A stretch of 48,928 bases of DNA, counting the filler, from Jimgerdemannia flammicorona (lineage: Eukaryota), in assembly GCA_003990765.1 (NCBI GenBank). It is 2 parts of 2 records of this genome, joined end to end, with 100 filler letters (N's around TTAATTAATTAA, not from the genome) between each part and the next. Parts side by side here need not be neighbours in the genome. Positions count along the whole stretch, not along the records: positions 24,515 to 48,928 come from RBNJ01000977.1; 1 more part is not named here. One strand, written 5' to 3'. Numbering within the stretch: position 1 is the stretch's first letter; each line of letters begins with the position of its first letter. Made by a program: the position numbers and the translations under genes. This document shows, piece by piece, positions 47,778-48,928 of the stretch. The notes under the pieces are model-generated. The model worked only from the letters and a program-made list of their open reading frames with translations, was not told where the DNA came from and ran no database searches.

Positions 47778-48928
47778 GTCACTCCTTTCTCCACTACCTT
47801 ACCAGTCACAAGATTTGGTAGGCGACCTTCCAAGTCCCCTTTCCCCTAATATTACCCCCTCTACCTCGGGTTGGTTTGCTGTGCCTGCAGAGGCATGGTG
47901 GGAGGAGGGCAATGGTGCTGAGTTGCCCCTTTATCGGTGTCAGATCGGTGCTTCCTCCACTTTTTCATGGATTCTGGTGCCTTCAGCTGTATCTGGGGTG
48001 TACTCATTTTGGTGTGGTGCCTTCTTCCTTTTGCTGTCACCAACAAGGAGTTGTCTTGGTGTGTCTCGGGCTATGTAGGGAGTCGGCCGACCTTGGGCAT
48101 CAAGTGCTCAGTATAGGTTACCTGCAGGTCCTCGGTGCCTGTGGTGGGGCCCTCTGGCTTTGGTGAGCTTCCCGGCGAGTATGGTTCTGGCATAGGTGAC
48201 TGCTTTTTGGGTGTTGTCAGGATGGGAGAGGAGATGGCCATCACAGATAGGTGGAAGGGCGATTATGGTGAATCAGTAGGGTGCCAGGCTGGGGGTGGTC
48301 GTCGGGGCTAGGGCAGGTGCTGCTTCGGTGGGGCCTTTTGATTGGTGCAGCGTGGTTAGGTAGTAGGTGTCACTCTCGGCTTCTTTTGGCGGGTAGCGGG
48401 GTGAGGCCCCAGTTGTCAGAGGGGGTCGGGGGGCCTGAGGCTACCCATTTCAGGCGTCTTGGCTGCACTCAACTGGAACTGGGAGCTGACACAGCAACGT
48501 GATTGAGGCCCACAGGCTTGAGTAGTGGGATATTGGGGGTTTCCTCCCGCCTCACATGTAAGTTCTTTACTCACCTCAACTGGGAGAACCAGGCCCTACC
48601 CACCATGTTGTACTTTGATGAGGGTTTTTTCTTTGCCTGTCATTCTCTTTGGGGTGGCAGGGGCTATTCTATTCAGCTCAGGCATGGCCTTGTACATACA
48701 TTGGGTTCTCAGGCATGCGCTTTCAGTCATTGGCATATGGTTGGGTTTTCTCTGGCGGTAGGGAGAGCATGGTGCACAGAATGAGGTGCGGGCTTATCAG
48801 CCCTGCTGCGCCTGGCATGGTCAAGCTGCTGGACAATAGCTAGCCTAGGTTAATGGGGGGGCAGTGCTTGGTGGGTGGTGGGGGAGGGTTTTGGCCTATA
48901 TAGTCTAGGTTCCCTTCCAATAAAAATC
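47778..48928 (+). mobile_element. Unclassified ~1.15-kb G/T-rich element (copy S2) ending in AATAAA; probable non-autonomous retroposon
   Basis: Interrupts the Gypsy-3 integrase right after FWKQL. Homologous to 24515-25075. AATAAA at 48919-48924 by the window edge. No recognisable protein. Confidence 0.7.

Noticed and set aside
24515..48336. Giant ~24-kb element bounded by long inverted repeats
   Set aside because: The two repeats have their 5' ends facing inward, are diverged, and S2 interrupts an integrase mid-frame. They are independent insertions at which the assembly broke.

Overview
Eukaryotic, probably fungal (inferred), transposon graveyard; no intact host gene seen. The window is two 24,414-bp pieces joined by an artificial linker (44 N + TTAATTAATTAA + 44 N, 24415-24514), so the halves should be treated as unlinked. 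Left half: an intron-containing hAT transposase gene (BED finger to dimerisation domain). It is hit by an L1/Tx1-like LINE that itself contains a second LINE, and by a complete Ty3/Gypsy chromovirus (404-bp LTRs, AGTAC TSD) that contains a full-length LINE of a second family. Right half: two more heavily decayed Gypsy elements, a full-length LINE with TSD, a 5'-truncated LINE, LTR remnants, two palindromic non-autonomous DNA elements and two copies of a ~1.15-kb apparently non-coding retroposon-like element. Most notable: (1) three divergent Gypsy elements all carry a trimeric-type dUTPase, and in the two where the protease is readable it sits between the Gag zinc knuckle and the protease; (2) decay is almost purely C:G>T:A, mostly at CpG and CpA (RIP-like), with TpA-saturated old layers; (3) one hairpin cassette is shared by two foldback elements with unrelated ends; (4) the LINEs have G-rich sense strands, LQD instead of LQE in the endonuclease, and a shared 3'-terminal motif. 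All translations, alignments and counts were done by eye.
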